A DNA stretch of 64,000 bases, from contig CAVTME010000009.1 of the NCBI GenBank assembly GCA_963735755.1, forward strand, positions 4,189 to 68,188, written 5' to 3'. The notes beneath the pieces are model-generated. The model was not told the origin of the DNA, did not search any database, and saw only the letters and a list, made by a program, of their open reading frames with translations. The position numbers were made by a program, and so were the translations under genes. This stretch comes from an uncultured Bacteroidota bacterium (GTDB taxonomy: Bacteria; Bacteroidota; Bacteroidia; Bacteroidales; GCA-2748055). Positions 1 to 10,703 of the stretch are shown piece by piece (position 1 is the first letter of the stretch; every line of letters begins with the position of its first letter).

Positions 1-2274
1 GTAGTCTATCTCGAAGTTGTCCTCATTGGTCGATCCGGCCTCCCAGTTCACACGCATGGAGTTTTCTGTAACAAGGCTGAAGGTCATGTTGACTCGGAGC
101 TGCCGGTAACAGCAATTCAGTAGTCTCGTTGCCAGTGAGGTAATCAGAATAACCGGTCGCATTCTCTGCCCTCACCTGAAAATAGTAGGTGGTGTTCTCT
201 GTCAAGCTGCTCACATCAACATAGGTGTTCGTGGGAGTTCCCAGTGAGGTCCAGGGACCTGTATCCGATGGTCCGTAGTCTATCTCGAAGTTGTCCTCAT
301 TGGTCGATCCGGCCTCCCAGTTCACACGCATGGAGTTTTCCGTAACACTGGCTGAAGGTCATGTTGACCGGATCTGCCGGTAACAGCAATTCAGTAGCCT
401 GGTTGCCAGTGAGGTAATCAGAATAACCGGTTGCATTCTCTGCCCTCACCTGGAAATAGTAGGTGGTGTTCTCTGTCAAGCTGCTCACATCAACATAGGT
501 GTTCGTGGGAGTTCCCAGTGAGGTCCAGGGACCTGTATCTGATGGTCCGTAGTCTATCTCGAAGTTGTCCTCATTGGTGGAACCAGCCTCCCAGTTAACC
601 CGCATGGAGTTTTCTGTAACAAGGCTGAAGGTCATATTAACCGGTGTAGCAGGTTTAGGTAACACAGTGGCCTGGTTGCCAGTGAGGTAATCAGAATAAC
701 CGGTCGCATTCTCTGCCCTCACCTGGAAATAGTAGGTGGTATTCTCTGTCAAGCTGCTCACATCAACATAGGTGTTCGTGGGAGTTCCCAGTGAGGTCCA
801 GGGACCTGTATCCGATGGTCCGTAGTCTATCTCGAAGTTGTCCTCATTGGTCGATCCGGCCTCCCAGTTCACACGCATAGAGTTTGCCATAACACTACTG
901 AAGGTCATGTTGACCGGATCTGCCGGTAACAGCAATTCAGTAGCCTGGTTGCCAGTGAGGTAATCAGAATAACCGGTTGCATTCTCTGCCCTCACCTGGA
1001 AATAGTAGGTGGTGTTCTCTGTCAAGCTGCTCACATCAACATAGGTGTTCGTGGGAGTTCCCAGTGAGGTCCAGGGACCTGTATCTGATGGTCCGTAGTC
1101 TATCTCGAAGTTGTCCTCATTGGTCGATCCGGCCTCCCAGTTCACACGCATGGAGTTTTCTGTAACAAGGCTGAAGGTCATATTAACCGGTGTAGCAGGT
1201 TTAGGTAACACAGTGGCCTGGTTGCCAGTGAGGTAATCAGAATAACCGGTCGCATTCTCTGCCCTCACCTGGAAATAGTAGGTGGTGTTCTCTGTCAAGC
1301 TGCTCACATCAACATAGGTGTTCGTGGGAGTTCCCAGTGAGGTCCAGGGACCTGTATCCGATGGTCCGTAGTCTATCTCGAAGTTGTCCTCATTGGTCGA
1401 TCCGGCCTCCCAGTTCACACGCATGGAGTTTGCCATAACACTGCTGAAGGTCATATTAACCGGTGTAGCAGGTTTAGGTAACACAGTGGCCTGGTTGCCA
1501 GTAAGGTAGTCCGAAAAACCGGTCGCATTCTCTGCCCTCACCTGAAAATAGTAGGTGGTGTTCTCTGTCAAGCTGCTCACATCAACATAGGTGTTCGTGG
1601 GAGTTCCCAGTGGGGTCCAGGGACCTGTATCCGATGGTCCGTAGTCTATCTCGAAGTTGTCCTCATTGGTCGATCCGGCCTCCCAGTTCACACGCATGGA
1701 GTTTGCCATAACACTACTGAAGGTCATGTTGACCGGATCTGCCGGTAACAGCAATTCAGTAGCCTGGTTGCCAGTAAGGTAATCAGAATAACCGGTTGCA
1801 TTCTCTGCCCTCACCTGGAAATAGTAGGTGGTGTTCTCTGTCAAACTGCTCACATCAACATAGGTGTTCGTGGGAGTTCCCAGTGAGGTCCAGGGACCTG
1901 TATCCGATGGTCCGTAGTCTATCTCGAAGTTGTCCTCATTGGTCGATCCGGCCTCCCAGTTCACACGCATGGAGTTTTCTGTAACAAGGCTGAAGGTCAT
2001 ATTAACCGGTGTAGCAGGTTTAGGTAACACAGTGGCCTGGTTGCCAGTGAGGTAATCAGAATAACCGGTCGCATTCTCTGCCCTCACCTGAAAATAGTAG
2101 GTGGTGTTCTCTGTCAAGCTGCTCACATCAACATAGGTGTTCGTGGGAGTTCCCAGTGAGGTCCAGGGACCTGTATCCGATGGTCCGTAGTCTATCTCGA
2201 AGTTGTCCTCATTGGTCGATCCGGCCTCCCAGTTCACACGCATGGAGTTTGCCATAACACTGCTGAAGGTCATA
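1..2274. repeat. Coding tandem repeat, 273-bp unit, at least 9 copies
   Basis: GTAGTCTATCTCGAAGTTGTCC recurs at 1, 275, 549, 822, 1095, 1368, 1641, 1914 and 2187. Confidence 0.97.
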
Positions 2275-3320
2275 TTTATTGGGGCGAGTGGAGCAGCGGG
2301 TAAAGTTGTACTATTCTTCACCAAGGTATAAGCGGATGGACCCGTGGCGTTTACTGCACGGACACGATAATAGTATGTGGTACTGGCATCCAGTCCTGTA
2401 CTCGTATAGGTTCCAGTTGTTGAAGTTCCGTCAAAGACAAAATCTCCGCTGTTGGGTGAAAGCGAGCGTTCAATTTCAAATTCATCTTCATTGTCTGAGT
2501 TGTCATCCCAGTTCAGAATGACGGAGGTGCTGGTAATTGTTCCGAATGTGAGGTTGTCAGGTGCAGCAGGAATTCCATTTAAGTATGCATTTACCGCAGT
2601 ATGCCAGGTATTCCCCATGATGTCATATCCGGATTGCTTCAGGTGAATTCCATCCAATTCATAATCCCCAGGCCCAATTCCTGTTCCAGTTTCCATATTC
2701 ACCAATACAACACCCGGATCAGCTCGTGAGCCTACCATATCGGCTATAAGAACATTCAGGCCTGAAATTCTGGAATCAGCCGGATTCGTGTTAACAATCC
2801 TGGCCACAAATACCTGGACGTGGGTCCCGTTCGTCAGTTCCCACTCTTCAATTTCATTAAGGATCTGCTCAATGGTGGCTGCACTGACCGTTTCATTGTT
2901 TAACATGTCATTGGTTCCGATATGAAGCAGGATGATATCAGCAGGATATTCATCCAGATAGGGTGCATTGTCCACGGTGGTCTGGAGACCATTCATGATA
3001 TCCCAGCCATTATCCAGTAGTTGGAGAACATACTGATCACGGGTATTGGGAATCCCGCAATGTTGTGGGTTCAATGGCATGAGCGTATTGCCAGAACTCT
3101 GATGACCGATATACTCTATTGAATGTCCGCTTGCAGATAAGCTGCTCTTCAATTGTAGCCGGTAAGATACCCGCATATCAGTAGTTAAAGATCCCCATCC
3201 CTGGGTAAGAGAATTTCCAAGAGGCAGAACCTTGTAGCTTTGGCCTTCAACCATGGTGAAGGAAAAGCCAAGTATTGATATCAGGAGTGCAACAATGGTC
3301 CGGTGGAATATTGTGGTCAT
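1..3320 (-). CDS. Secreted SGNH/GDSL esterase (CE3-like) followed by a long FN3 tandem array; 3' end lies outside the window
   Basis: Signal peptide; SGNH blocks LPLGNSLTQG, LLHIGTND and DGIH; one divergent FN3 then at least 9 near-identical 91-aa FN3 units. ORF 297..3320 continues through two +1 indels (repeat spacing 274 instead of 273) into ORF 23..331 and beyond. Confidence 0.88.
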
Positions 3321-3643
3321 ATGAAGATTCTTTTGAAACAGAATAGCTTACTAATTATAAGACTGTAAAATAAACAAAGTCGAACTGTATTATGCATAAT
3401 ATATGCGAGTATTTGATCAAAATATACAATCGAATCACCAAAACTCTTATATTTCAGTAATCCAATTCAATTTCTGCATAGCTTCATCTAAATAACTGAT
3501 TTACTGGGAATTTAAATAAAAAAACGCATTGATTTGCTATACACTGGTCTACCTTCTGAAAAGGCATGAATTCCGTTTGTCATTGATATGACCCAATTCG
3601 TCCTTGAAGAGTTGTCTTTAAAGTAAAAAAAATGATTATAAAA

Positions 3644-4783
3644 TCATTGTTCCTTAAGAAGACCTACAACAATGTTTCTCAACCTGGGAGTATTTGAGCA
3701 AGCTGAATACTTCTTCATGAATACATTGTATGCTTTGTTTTGAAGATCAACATCCTCGTTTAGAATTTGGAGGAGTCCCTTTTTAAAATCCAATGCGTTG
3801 TTTGCAATAGAAATAGAATTCTCATGGTCTATCCCCTCCACTCCCTGGGAAGTTCCAACAATGCTGGTCTTTAGGGCCATGGCTTCTATACATTTCAGTC
3901 TCGTTCCGCTTCCATGTAGCAAAGGAATTACAGCAGCTTTTGACTCTGCTATATATCTCTTCATGTTCTCAACAGAGCCAAGAGCTTCAATGTTCGAGGT
4001 GAAGGGAAGGGATTCTTTTATCTGATCATACTGGTTTTGAGAACCATGGCCAACAATAATGAACTTTGTAAGTGAAGCCAGCTCCGCATCCCAAACAGAT
4101 TCAAGAAACCATTTTAATCCATACGCATTCTGAAATGCATTGAAATTACCGGACATAATTACCCGGTTTTGCTTAGTAGTTCCTTTGTCTATCTCGTATT
4201 CCTTCTCGTCAATATAATTTGGGATCATGTGGTTCTTGCTTGCTCTGAACCTACGGGAATAGAACTCCAGATCTTCGTTGGAAACCGCAATAATTGAATC
4301 AGCCATCCTCAGATAACGCAACTCATGGAAACGTTCTAGCGTAAAGCGTATATACTTGTATATCAATCCCTTAAGGTTTATTGCCGGAGCCTGGAAATTC
4401 AAATTTGACTGGATGTTGTGTGTCCCGTATATTACTTTTACATTTCGGGCTTTAAAAAGAGGTATGTAGTTTCCCAGAAAGTTGTAGTCGAGAAAAACCA
4501 GATCTATTTGCTGATTATCCGTAAACTCTTCTATTATTCCGGTCAAATCCCTCATCCTTTGAAATAGGCGAAGAAGGTTTTTCCACCGGTTCTTGGTTGT
4601 TATTTCAGGGCAATGACGGTATCTGACGTTCTTGTATTTTTCCTCCTCAGGAGGCGCATTTCCAGCGATAAGATACAATTGATCAGCAAAATCCAAAAGG
4701 CTGTTTATCAAATGATAGCTTCGGATTCTCTCCCCGGAATTTGGCGGAAAGGGGTCAATTTCTGTAATGAATAGGATGTTCAT
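3644..4783 (-). CDS. Glycosyltransferase family 4
   Basis: N-terminal PFPPNSGERIR; C-terminal PLLHGSGTRLKCIEAMA GT4 signature. Confidence 0.9.
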   Translation of the reverse strand: MNILFITEIDPFPPNSGERIRSYHLINSLLDFADQLYLIAGNAPPEEEKYKNVRYRHCPEITTKNRWKNLLRLFQRMRDLTGIIEEFTDNQQIDLVFLDYNFLGNYIPLFKARNVKVIYGTHNIQSNLNFQAPAINLKGLIYKYIRFTLERFHELRYLRMADSIIAVSNEDLEFYSRRFRASKNHMIPNYIDEKEYEIDKGTTKQNRVIMSGNFNAFQNAYGLKWFLESVWDAELASLTKFIIVGHGSQNQYDQIKESLPFTSNIEALGSVENMKRYIAESKAAVIPLLHGSGTRLKCIEAMALKTSIVGTSQGVEGIDHENSISIANNALDFKKGLLQILNEDVDLQNKAYNVFMKKYSACSNTPRLRNIVVGLLKEQ

Positions 4784-4810
4784 TCTTCACTCACATTGTG
4801 TGGCTTACTA

Positions 4811-5716
4811 CTAAGGCTTCGAAAAAGAAATGCGCTTCCGGTGAAGCCTTACTGCTTTATCAAACACCCTGTATTTTAATAATTTTTTCGCCCTGATGTG
4901 TTTGTCCTCATTTACCAGTTTGGGTATTTCTACAGAATCATAGGTTTTCTCGAAATAATGAATATTGTGGATCCTGGAATGTTCAAGGCAAAGCTTGCTC
5001 AGAAAATTGTTATGTTTGCCTGATTCAATTTCCCGCAAGCGATAACGGTAAACATTGTTGATCATTCCATCAATTAAGTGATTGGTGGATTGGGATGCCG
5101 ATATCCTGTAGTATGACAAGTGCTGATTCACATATACCATTTTCATTCTTTTGGTATACCTGTACCAGAAATCATAGTCAGCAATGGGATGCAAATCACT
5201 GTTAAAGCCTCCAATTTCCAGAGCCACATCTTTCTTCACCAACACACCGGGAAACGGTATCGTGTCGAAATAAAAAAACGCAGGATGCATGATCCTAACA
5301 TCAGACGTTAAAACACCTGCCTTGTCAATCTCATCCCACTCCTGCTCACTTACAAAACTAGTATAGACAATGCCTCCAATTGAGTCGCCTATTCGTTCCA
5401 TGATCTTCTTAGAATATTCCACATACTGGCAATGCAGCATGTCATCATCATGTAAAACTGTCACCCAGGGAGTATCTGCATACCGGAAGCAATTGTTGAA
5501 GTTTTCATCCTGAGGAACAGTTTCCTTTGTTTTAACATATTTGATGTTAACCCCTTTATAGCTATCAACAATTGCTTTGAAATCGTCGTGGGGAGAATTG
5601 TTATCAATGAGCAATATACTACAATCAACTGTTTGATTGACAGCACTATCAAGTGCTTTTCTAATGAAATCAGTTCTGTTATATACTGGAAGCGCAATGG
5701 TAATCTGATCTTTCAT
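4811..5716 (-). CDS. Glycosyltransferase family 2
   Basis: ITIALPVYNR, IDNNS, LHDDD (DxD) and ADYDFW motifs. Confidence 0.92.
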   Translation of the reverse strand: MKDQITIALPVYNRTDFIRKALDSAVNQTVDCSILLIDNNSPHDDFKAIVDSYKGVNIKYVKTKETVPQDENFNNCFRYADTPWVTVLHDDDMLHCQYVEYSKKIMERIGDSIGGIVYTSFVSEQEWDEIDKAGVLTSDVRIMHPAFFYFDTIPFPGVLVKKDVALEIGGFNSDLHPIADYDFWYRYTKRMKMVYVNQHLSYYRISASQSTNHLIDGMINNVYRYRLREIESGKHNNFLSKLCLEHSRIHNIHYFEKTYDSVEIPKLVNEDKHIRAKKLLKYRVFDKAVRLHRKRISFSKP

Positions 5717-5790
5717 TTTCCTTTTTTAGCGAATTTAATATAATAATGAAACCTAAGAAAAGAAATCATGCTATGTTTCATGATAAATGT

Positions 5791-5798
5791 TAGTTTTG
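5791..5798 (+). promoter_or_regulatory. Bacteroidota -7 promoter element (TAnnTTTG) for the wzx block
   Basis: TAGTTTTG about 30 nt upstream of the ATG at 5827. Confidence 0.5.
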
Positions 5799-5826
5799 TT
5801 CTTTAGCAATTATTACAATTATAAAG

Positions 5827-7260
5827 ATGCTTAAAAGGATTTACAACAGTCCGACGATGATGTCATGGGCATCTTATTTCGTTCGCTTTGGAAGTGCCAT
5901 CTTTGTATTGCCTCTGGTTCTGAAGCTTTTTACCCCGGTTGAACAATCCTTTTGGTTCTTTATCAATACAATCATAGGTTTCGCCATGCTGGCTGATTCA
6001 GGATTCGGGGCCACCCTGATCAGGGCTGTAAGCTATTTCAAATCTGGTGCCAATTATTTACCCAGGAATAAGAAAGAATACGATGATATCAAAAAAATCA
6101 CTGAGAGTCAGCCCAATCATGAGAAATTGAAAAACCTTCTTTCCACTGCGAACAGGATATACATCTACCTGGGAATCTTAACAGTGGTTTTAATCTCAAC
6201 AGGAGGTCTCGCAGCTGCCTGGAATATCCTTGAATTGTCTGGCCATCAGAAAGACATATGGGTGGCATTTATCATTGTCATTCCCTATTCTTACTTCATG
6301 ATGCTTTCAGTGAAGTGGAGTTCATTCATGAGAGGTTTGGGTTTTGTAGTAGAGGAAGCCAGGTTTGGTATTTTCCAGGGGGTATTAAGGGTCACCTCAT
6401 TTGTCATTCTCCTGCTATTTCATTTGGGACCTGCCTACCTGGTTGGTTTCATGCTGCTGGAGTCAATTATTAGATATATCTACATCAAGCGGTTTGTAAA
6501 GAGATGGTTCTTGAGGGAAAAAGTTGTTTTGCATACCAAGCACTATTTTGACCGGGAGATTTTTAACTCGCTTTGGTCTGCCACATGGAGGACCGGGCTC
6601 CTCTTCTGGGGCGCTTATGGAATTCAATCCGGCACATCCATCCTCGCTTCTCAAATAGATGATGCTCTTCTGATGGCCAATTTCTTACTGACCATGAGAA
6701 TTATGACTTTTGTGATCAACATTGCCAGGGCTCCGTTTTACACAAATATTCCAAAGATTTATGAACTTGCTGCAAAAAAGGATTTACCTACGCTTCGAAA
6801 AAAATCCTCGGAATACATGTTCCTCGGGCTCATGGTATTGGTAGTGAGCTCTGGCTTCATTATTCTGTTTGGCAATCCGTCACTGAGCTTGCTGGGTATA
6901 GAAACCCGTTTTGTCCCTCTGCTCATGCTGGTAACCATTGCGGTAACAGAAATATTGGATTTGCACGCCTCTTTTCATGCAACTTTATATACGTCCACTA
7001 ATCACGTACCCTTCGTTATACCAGCCACAGTTTCCGGGGCACTCATTATATTGGTTGGATTTGGAGTACTACCTACTTACGGATTGCTTGGAATTGTACT
7101 GGCGAAATTTGCAATACAGTTCTTATTTAACAACTGGTACGCCCCCTATCTTTCGCTGAAATTTATGGAGTGGCGAGTTCTGCGGTACCTTTACCAGTTT
7201 CCTTTATATGGGACCAGGTTTTTAAAAGAGGTAGTAAAAACAAATATTTTGCGCAGGTAA
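5827..7260 (+). CDS. wzx: Polysaccharide flippase (Wzx-like)
   Basis: 477 aa with many hydrophobic segments; LADSGFGATLIR motif of MOP-family flippases; EPS context. Confidence 0.78.
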   Translation: MLKRIYNSPTMMSWASYFVRFGSAIFVLPLVLKLFTPVEQSFWFFINTIIGFAMLADSGFGATLIRAVSYFKSGANYLPRNKKEYDDIKKITESQPNHEKLKNLLSTANRIYIYLGILTVVLISTGGLAAAWNILELSGHQKDIWVAFIIVIPYSYFMMLSVKWSSFMRGLGFVVEEARFGIFQGVLRVTSFVILLLFHLGPAYLVGFMLLESIIRYIYIKRFVKRWFLREKVVLHTKHYFDREIFNSLWSATWRTGLLFWGAYGIQSGTSILASQIDDALLMANFLLTMRIMTFVINIARAPFYTNIPKIYELAAKKDLPTLRKKSSEYMFLGLMVLVVSSGFIILFGNPSLSLLGIETRFVPLLMLVTIAVTEILDLHASFHATLYTSTNHVPFVIPATVSGALIILVGFGVLPTYGLLGIVLAKFAIQFLFNNWYAPYLSLKFMEWRVLRYLYQFPLYGTRFLKEVVKTNILRR

Positions 7261-7298
7261 ACGGAATAGCTTGTTGAATATATAAACCATGCAGAACC

Positions 7299-8504
7299 AT
7301 GCTGAAAAAGGTTATTCTTATACTGGTTATCTTGACTACCCTGAAGTTCTATGAGCTGTCCTTTATCCCGGAAGTTGTTATCAAAGTTTCAGAATGGCTG
7401 AGCCTCGCCATTATGGCTGCTGTCATTGTACTTCATATCGCATACAGCAGAACAGGACTGATGAAAGCACATTTTACCACTCCAATTATCTTGATGACTG
7501 GCTCAGTGGTGATCAGCATGTTTGCAGCCTATGCATTTCAAAATCAACCGTTTCAGGTTACTGCTTATGCCCAACAGGCCATCTACTTTTACATGATTTA
7601 CCTTCTCCTTCATCTGCTTAGACCCACTGGGGACTTCCTGATTAAATGCATCCTTGGCTTTGGCTTGGTTTATGTGGGATTGTACCTGCTACAGTATTTC
7701 GTTTATCCCACACAAATTACAAACGCTAAAATGTTCCTGGATCGAGGTACTCTCAGGATTTTTTTAACAGGTGGCGGTTTCCTCGTTATTGCCTATTATG
7801 CATGGTTATACCTGGTATTCAGGAAGTTTCGAATGAGGTATGTGATATTTATATTGCTTAGTATGGCTATATTTGTTCTTCTTGGCACCCGCCAATTACT
7901 AGCCACGGTGGTACTCCTGACCATCTTATTTGTGCTGCAAAGCAAGATTATTAAATCAAAGATCCTGCTTTTTTTGATGTTTGGCCTGGCAGTCATCCCG
8001 GTATTTTTCATTTTTCAGGATATACTCTATGCCATGTTCGAGCTGACTTTGGAACAAAACCAGGCCTTCGAAAGCAACATCAGATTGGAAGCTGCAAGAT
8101 ACTTCCTGACCGATTTCTTCCCGAACGGATTGGCCTATCTTACCGGAAATGGAGCCAGTGGAACTTCAGCATATGGCATGCGTGTTCTTAAAATTGCAAA
8201 AGAATATGGTTACCATCAATCTGACCTTGGACTGCTGGGTGAGTATACCAGATACGGAGTATTATTTGTTGTAGGAGTATTTATAATTCTCTACAGGGTC
8301 ATCTCCATGAAAATTCCGGAGAAACTGTCGTTTATCAAGTATAATTTCATTGGGATCGCTTTAACAATTGTTACCGGAGCTGGAGCCTTTGGAAGTTCGG
8401 GTACAAATATCATTATTAATTCAATGATGCTTTACATGATAGACCTGCATCTGAATGATCCGAATGCTTTTAAAATGTACCCTGCATATGCATCGCCTGA
8501 GTAA
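7299..8504 (+). CDS. wzy: Polysaccharide polymerase (Wzy/O-antigen-ligase-like)
   Basis: 401-aa polytopic membrane protein with GTRQ, a periplasmic loop containing IRLEA, and SDLGLLG; follows wzx. Confidence 0.7.
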   Translation: MLKKVILILVILTTLKFYELSFIPEVVIKVSEWLSLAIMAAVIVLHIAYSRTGLMKAHFTTPIILMTGSVVISMFAAYAFQNQPFQVTAYAQQAIYFYMIYLLLHLLRPTGDFLIKCILGFGLVYVGLYLLQYFVYPTQITNAKMFLDRGTLRIFLTGGGFLVIAYYAWLYLVFRKFRMRYVIFILLSMAIFVLLGTRQLLATVVLLTILFVLQSKIIKSKILLFLMFGLAVIPVFFIFQDILYAMFELTLEQNQAFESNIRLEAARYFLTDFFPNGLAYLTGNGASGTSAYGMRVLKIAKEYGYHQSDLGLLGEYTRYGVLFVVGVFIILYRVISMKIPEKLSFIKYNFIGIALTIVTGAGAFGSSGTNIIINSMMLYMIDLHLNDPNAFKMYPAYASPE

Positions 8505-8515
8505 TCTTATGAAGC

Positions 8516-9613
8516 ATGAAGAAACCCGTAAAAATCCTGCTGATCCTTCACCTTCCGCCTCCTATTCATGGGGCATCGGTTGTGGGAGAAATGATTCTGG
8601 AGAGTAATCTGATCAACAAAGCTTTTCACTGTACATACATCAACCTTTCAGCCTCAAAAGATCTGAATCAGATCGGAAAGCTCAGTTTTTCGAAGATGTT
8701 TGTCTTCCTTTCTTTGTACCTTAAAGTATTCCGAGCCCTTGTCTTATCCAGGTACAGTTTTTGTTATGTGACTATAAATTCCAAGGGATCTCCCTTTTAC
8801 AAAGATTTTGGGATAGTTCTCCTTCTGAAGCTTTTCAGACAAAAAATCCTTTATCATTTTCACAACAAAGGGGTTTCGTTGTACAATCATAAATTCATGG
8901 ATAACCTGATGTACCGCATTACTTTCCATCAAACACATCTCATCCTGTTATCCCGATTGCTCTATTTTGACGTTGAGAGGTACTTGCCTCTGGAAAGGGT
9001 GTTTTTTTGTCCCAACGGAATTGCATCCACTACCCTACCACCTTTGGAACCAGCAGCAGGAAAACCCTGCCAACTTCTTTTTCTATCCAACATGATGAAA
9101 GCAAAAGGGGTCTGGGATTTAATCAGTGCCTGTGAAGTACTCAAGAACAGAGGGCTTGATTTTACATGTAATTTTGTGGGAAAATGGTTTGATATTTCTG
9201 AATCCTCATTTTCAGAAATGGTGAAAGAAAAGGAGCTGGAAAACTTCGTCTTCAGTCATGGAGCCCAGTATGGCGAAAGTAAGCAAAGGTACATGGCAGA
9301 AGCTGACATTTTTGTATTTCCTTCTCACGATGAAGCTTTCCCCCTTGTTTTGCTGGAAGCCATGCAATATGGACTTCCTGTGATCTCCACCAAGATAGGT
9401 GCCATACCTGAAATTATTGATGACCGGGTAAATGGAATGCTGGTGGAACCAACTGATGTATCCGATCTTGCCGAAAAAATTGAGCTCCTGATTAATAATC
9501 CGGCACTACGAAAGGAATATGGAGTTATTGCGCAAAACAAATTCAGAGCCAGCTACACTCGAGAAATGTTTGAAGAGAATCTGCATTCGATTTTCAGCCA
9601 AGTATTGGCTTAA
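8516..9613 (+). CDS. Glycosyltransferase family 4
   Basis: LPPPIHGAS and FPSHDEAFPLVLLEAM (E-x7-E) motifs. Confidence 0.93.
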   Translation: MKKPVKILLILHLPPPIHGASVVGEMILESNLINKAFHCTYINLSASKDLNQIGKLSFSKMFVFLSLYLKVFRALVLSRYSFCYVTINSKGSPFYKDFGIVLLLKLFRQKILYHFHNKGVSLYNHKFMDNLMYRITFHQTHLILLSRLLYFDVERYLPLERVFFCPNGIASTTLPPLEPAAGKPCQLLFLSNMMKAKGVWDLISACEVLKNRGLDFTCNFVGKWFDISESSFSEMVKEKELENFVFSHGAQYGESKQRYMAEADIFVFPSHDEAFPLVLLEAMQYGLPVISTKIGAIPEIIDDRVNGMLVEPTDVSDLAEKIELLINNPALRKEYGVIAQNKFRASYTREMFEENLHSIFSQVLA

Positions 9614-9633
9614 AACCAGGAGGAAATACGCTT

Positions 9634-10659
9634 ATGCCTAAGGTCTATATTTACCCCATAACCAGTAGAAATAATACAGGAATCAACAATCCCTATATTG
9701 ACAACCTTGCAGAAGCACTGGGTAAACATTTTAGCGTCCTTAACAGGGACCTTCCTTCTAACAAAGGGGTATTTGATTTGTTTAAATACATCAGAGAAAC
9801 AGATTATTTCCTTTTGAACTGGATTGAAGACCTGCCGGACAAACACATGGGATTCATTCAGTGTCTCGTATTCTTTATCCTCTTCCCGTATATAAAAATC
9901 CGAGGGAAGAAAATCGTATGGACACTTCATAATAAGAAATCCCATACCGAAAAAAACACCATCATTAAGTCTCTTTTGTTCAAGATGTTGCTGAACGGGA
10001 GTGATGCAATCCTAACCCATGCTCAAGAGGGCTTAAATTCCATTCCAGAAGGGACATCTAAAGTATACTTTCCACATCCTGTTAAATCCGACAAAAGACC
10101 ACTCCCTTCATCGCAGGCCGTTGTATTTGACATCATTATCTGGGGGTCCATTGCTGCATATAAAGGAATCGATTCATTTCTTGAATTCATCCGCAAGAAC
10201 CACGACCTGAACAAATATAATATTCTCATCGCGGGAAAGATTATTGATGACACCCTTCAGAAGTATCTGGAACAACTTTCTGAACAATATAATAATATCA
10301 CCGTATTGAACAGGTTTATTGAGAATGCAGAATTGGATCAATTAATCCTCAAATCGAAAATAATCCTCTTCAGTTATCACACAAAATCGGTATTGAGTTC
10401 AGGGGCCCTCATGGATTCTCTGTTCTATGGAAAAGTTATCATAGGCCCAGACGCAGGAGCATTTAAAGATCTGGCTGAGGAAAAAATCGTTTTGACTTAC
10501 GGTGACTATCCGGAACTCATGCAAATTATTGACCAAGTGATCGGTTCAGAAATTGATATGCAAAGCCTGGTGCGAAGGACCGGGGAGTTCCTCGAAAATA
10601 ATACATGGGAGTCCTTTGCTCGCAAATTCCAGGATTTTCTTCGAAACCAAAATCCCTAA
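9634..10659 (+). CDS. GT-B fold glycosyltransferase (GT4-like)
   Basis: NPYI, IVWTLHN, WGSIAAYKG and LSSGALMDSL motifs. Confidence 0.82.
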   Translation: MPKVYIYPITSRNNTGINNPYIDNLAEALGKHFSVLNRDLPSNKGVFDLFKYIRETDYFLLNWIEDLPDKHMGFIQCLVFFILFPYIKIRGKKIVWTLHNKKSHTEKNTIIKSLLFKMLLNGSDAILTHAQEGLNSIPEGTSKVYFPHPVKSDKRPLPSSQAVVFDIIIWGSIAAYKGIDSFLEFIRKNHDLNKYNILIAGKIIDDTLQKYLEQLSEQYNNITVLNRFIENAELDQLILKSKIILFSYHTKSVLSSGALMDSLFYGKVIIGPDAGAFKDLAEEKIVLTYGDYPELMQIIDQVIGSEIDMQSLVRRTGEFLENNTWESFARKFQDFLRNQNP

Positions 10660-10703
10660 ACCTGCGTTATTAAAAGATATTCTCTTAAAATAAATAATGC
10701 TAT

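Noticed and set aside
23-331. Separate 102-aa gene
   Set aside because: It is the next FN3 unit of the upstream gene, offset by a single-base indel.
1-2274. CRISPR array or diversity-generating retroelement repeats
   Set aside because: The whole 273-bp unit repeats in frame with no unique spacers, differences are not adenine-specific, and no cas or reverse transcriptase gene is in the window.
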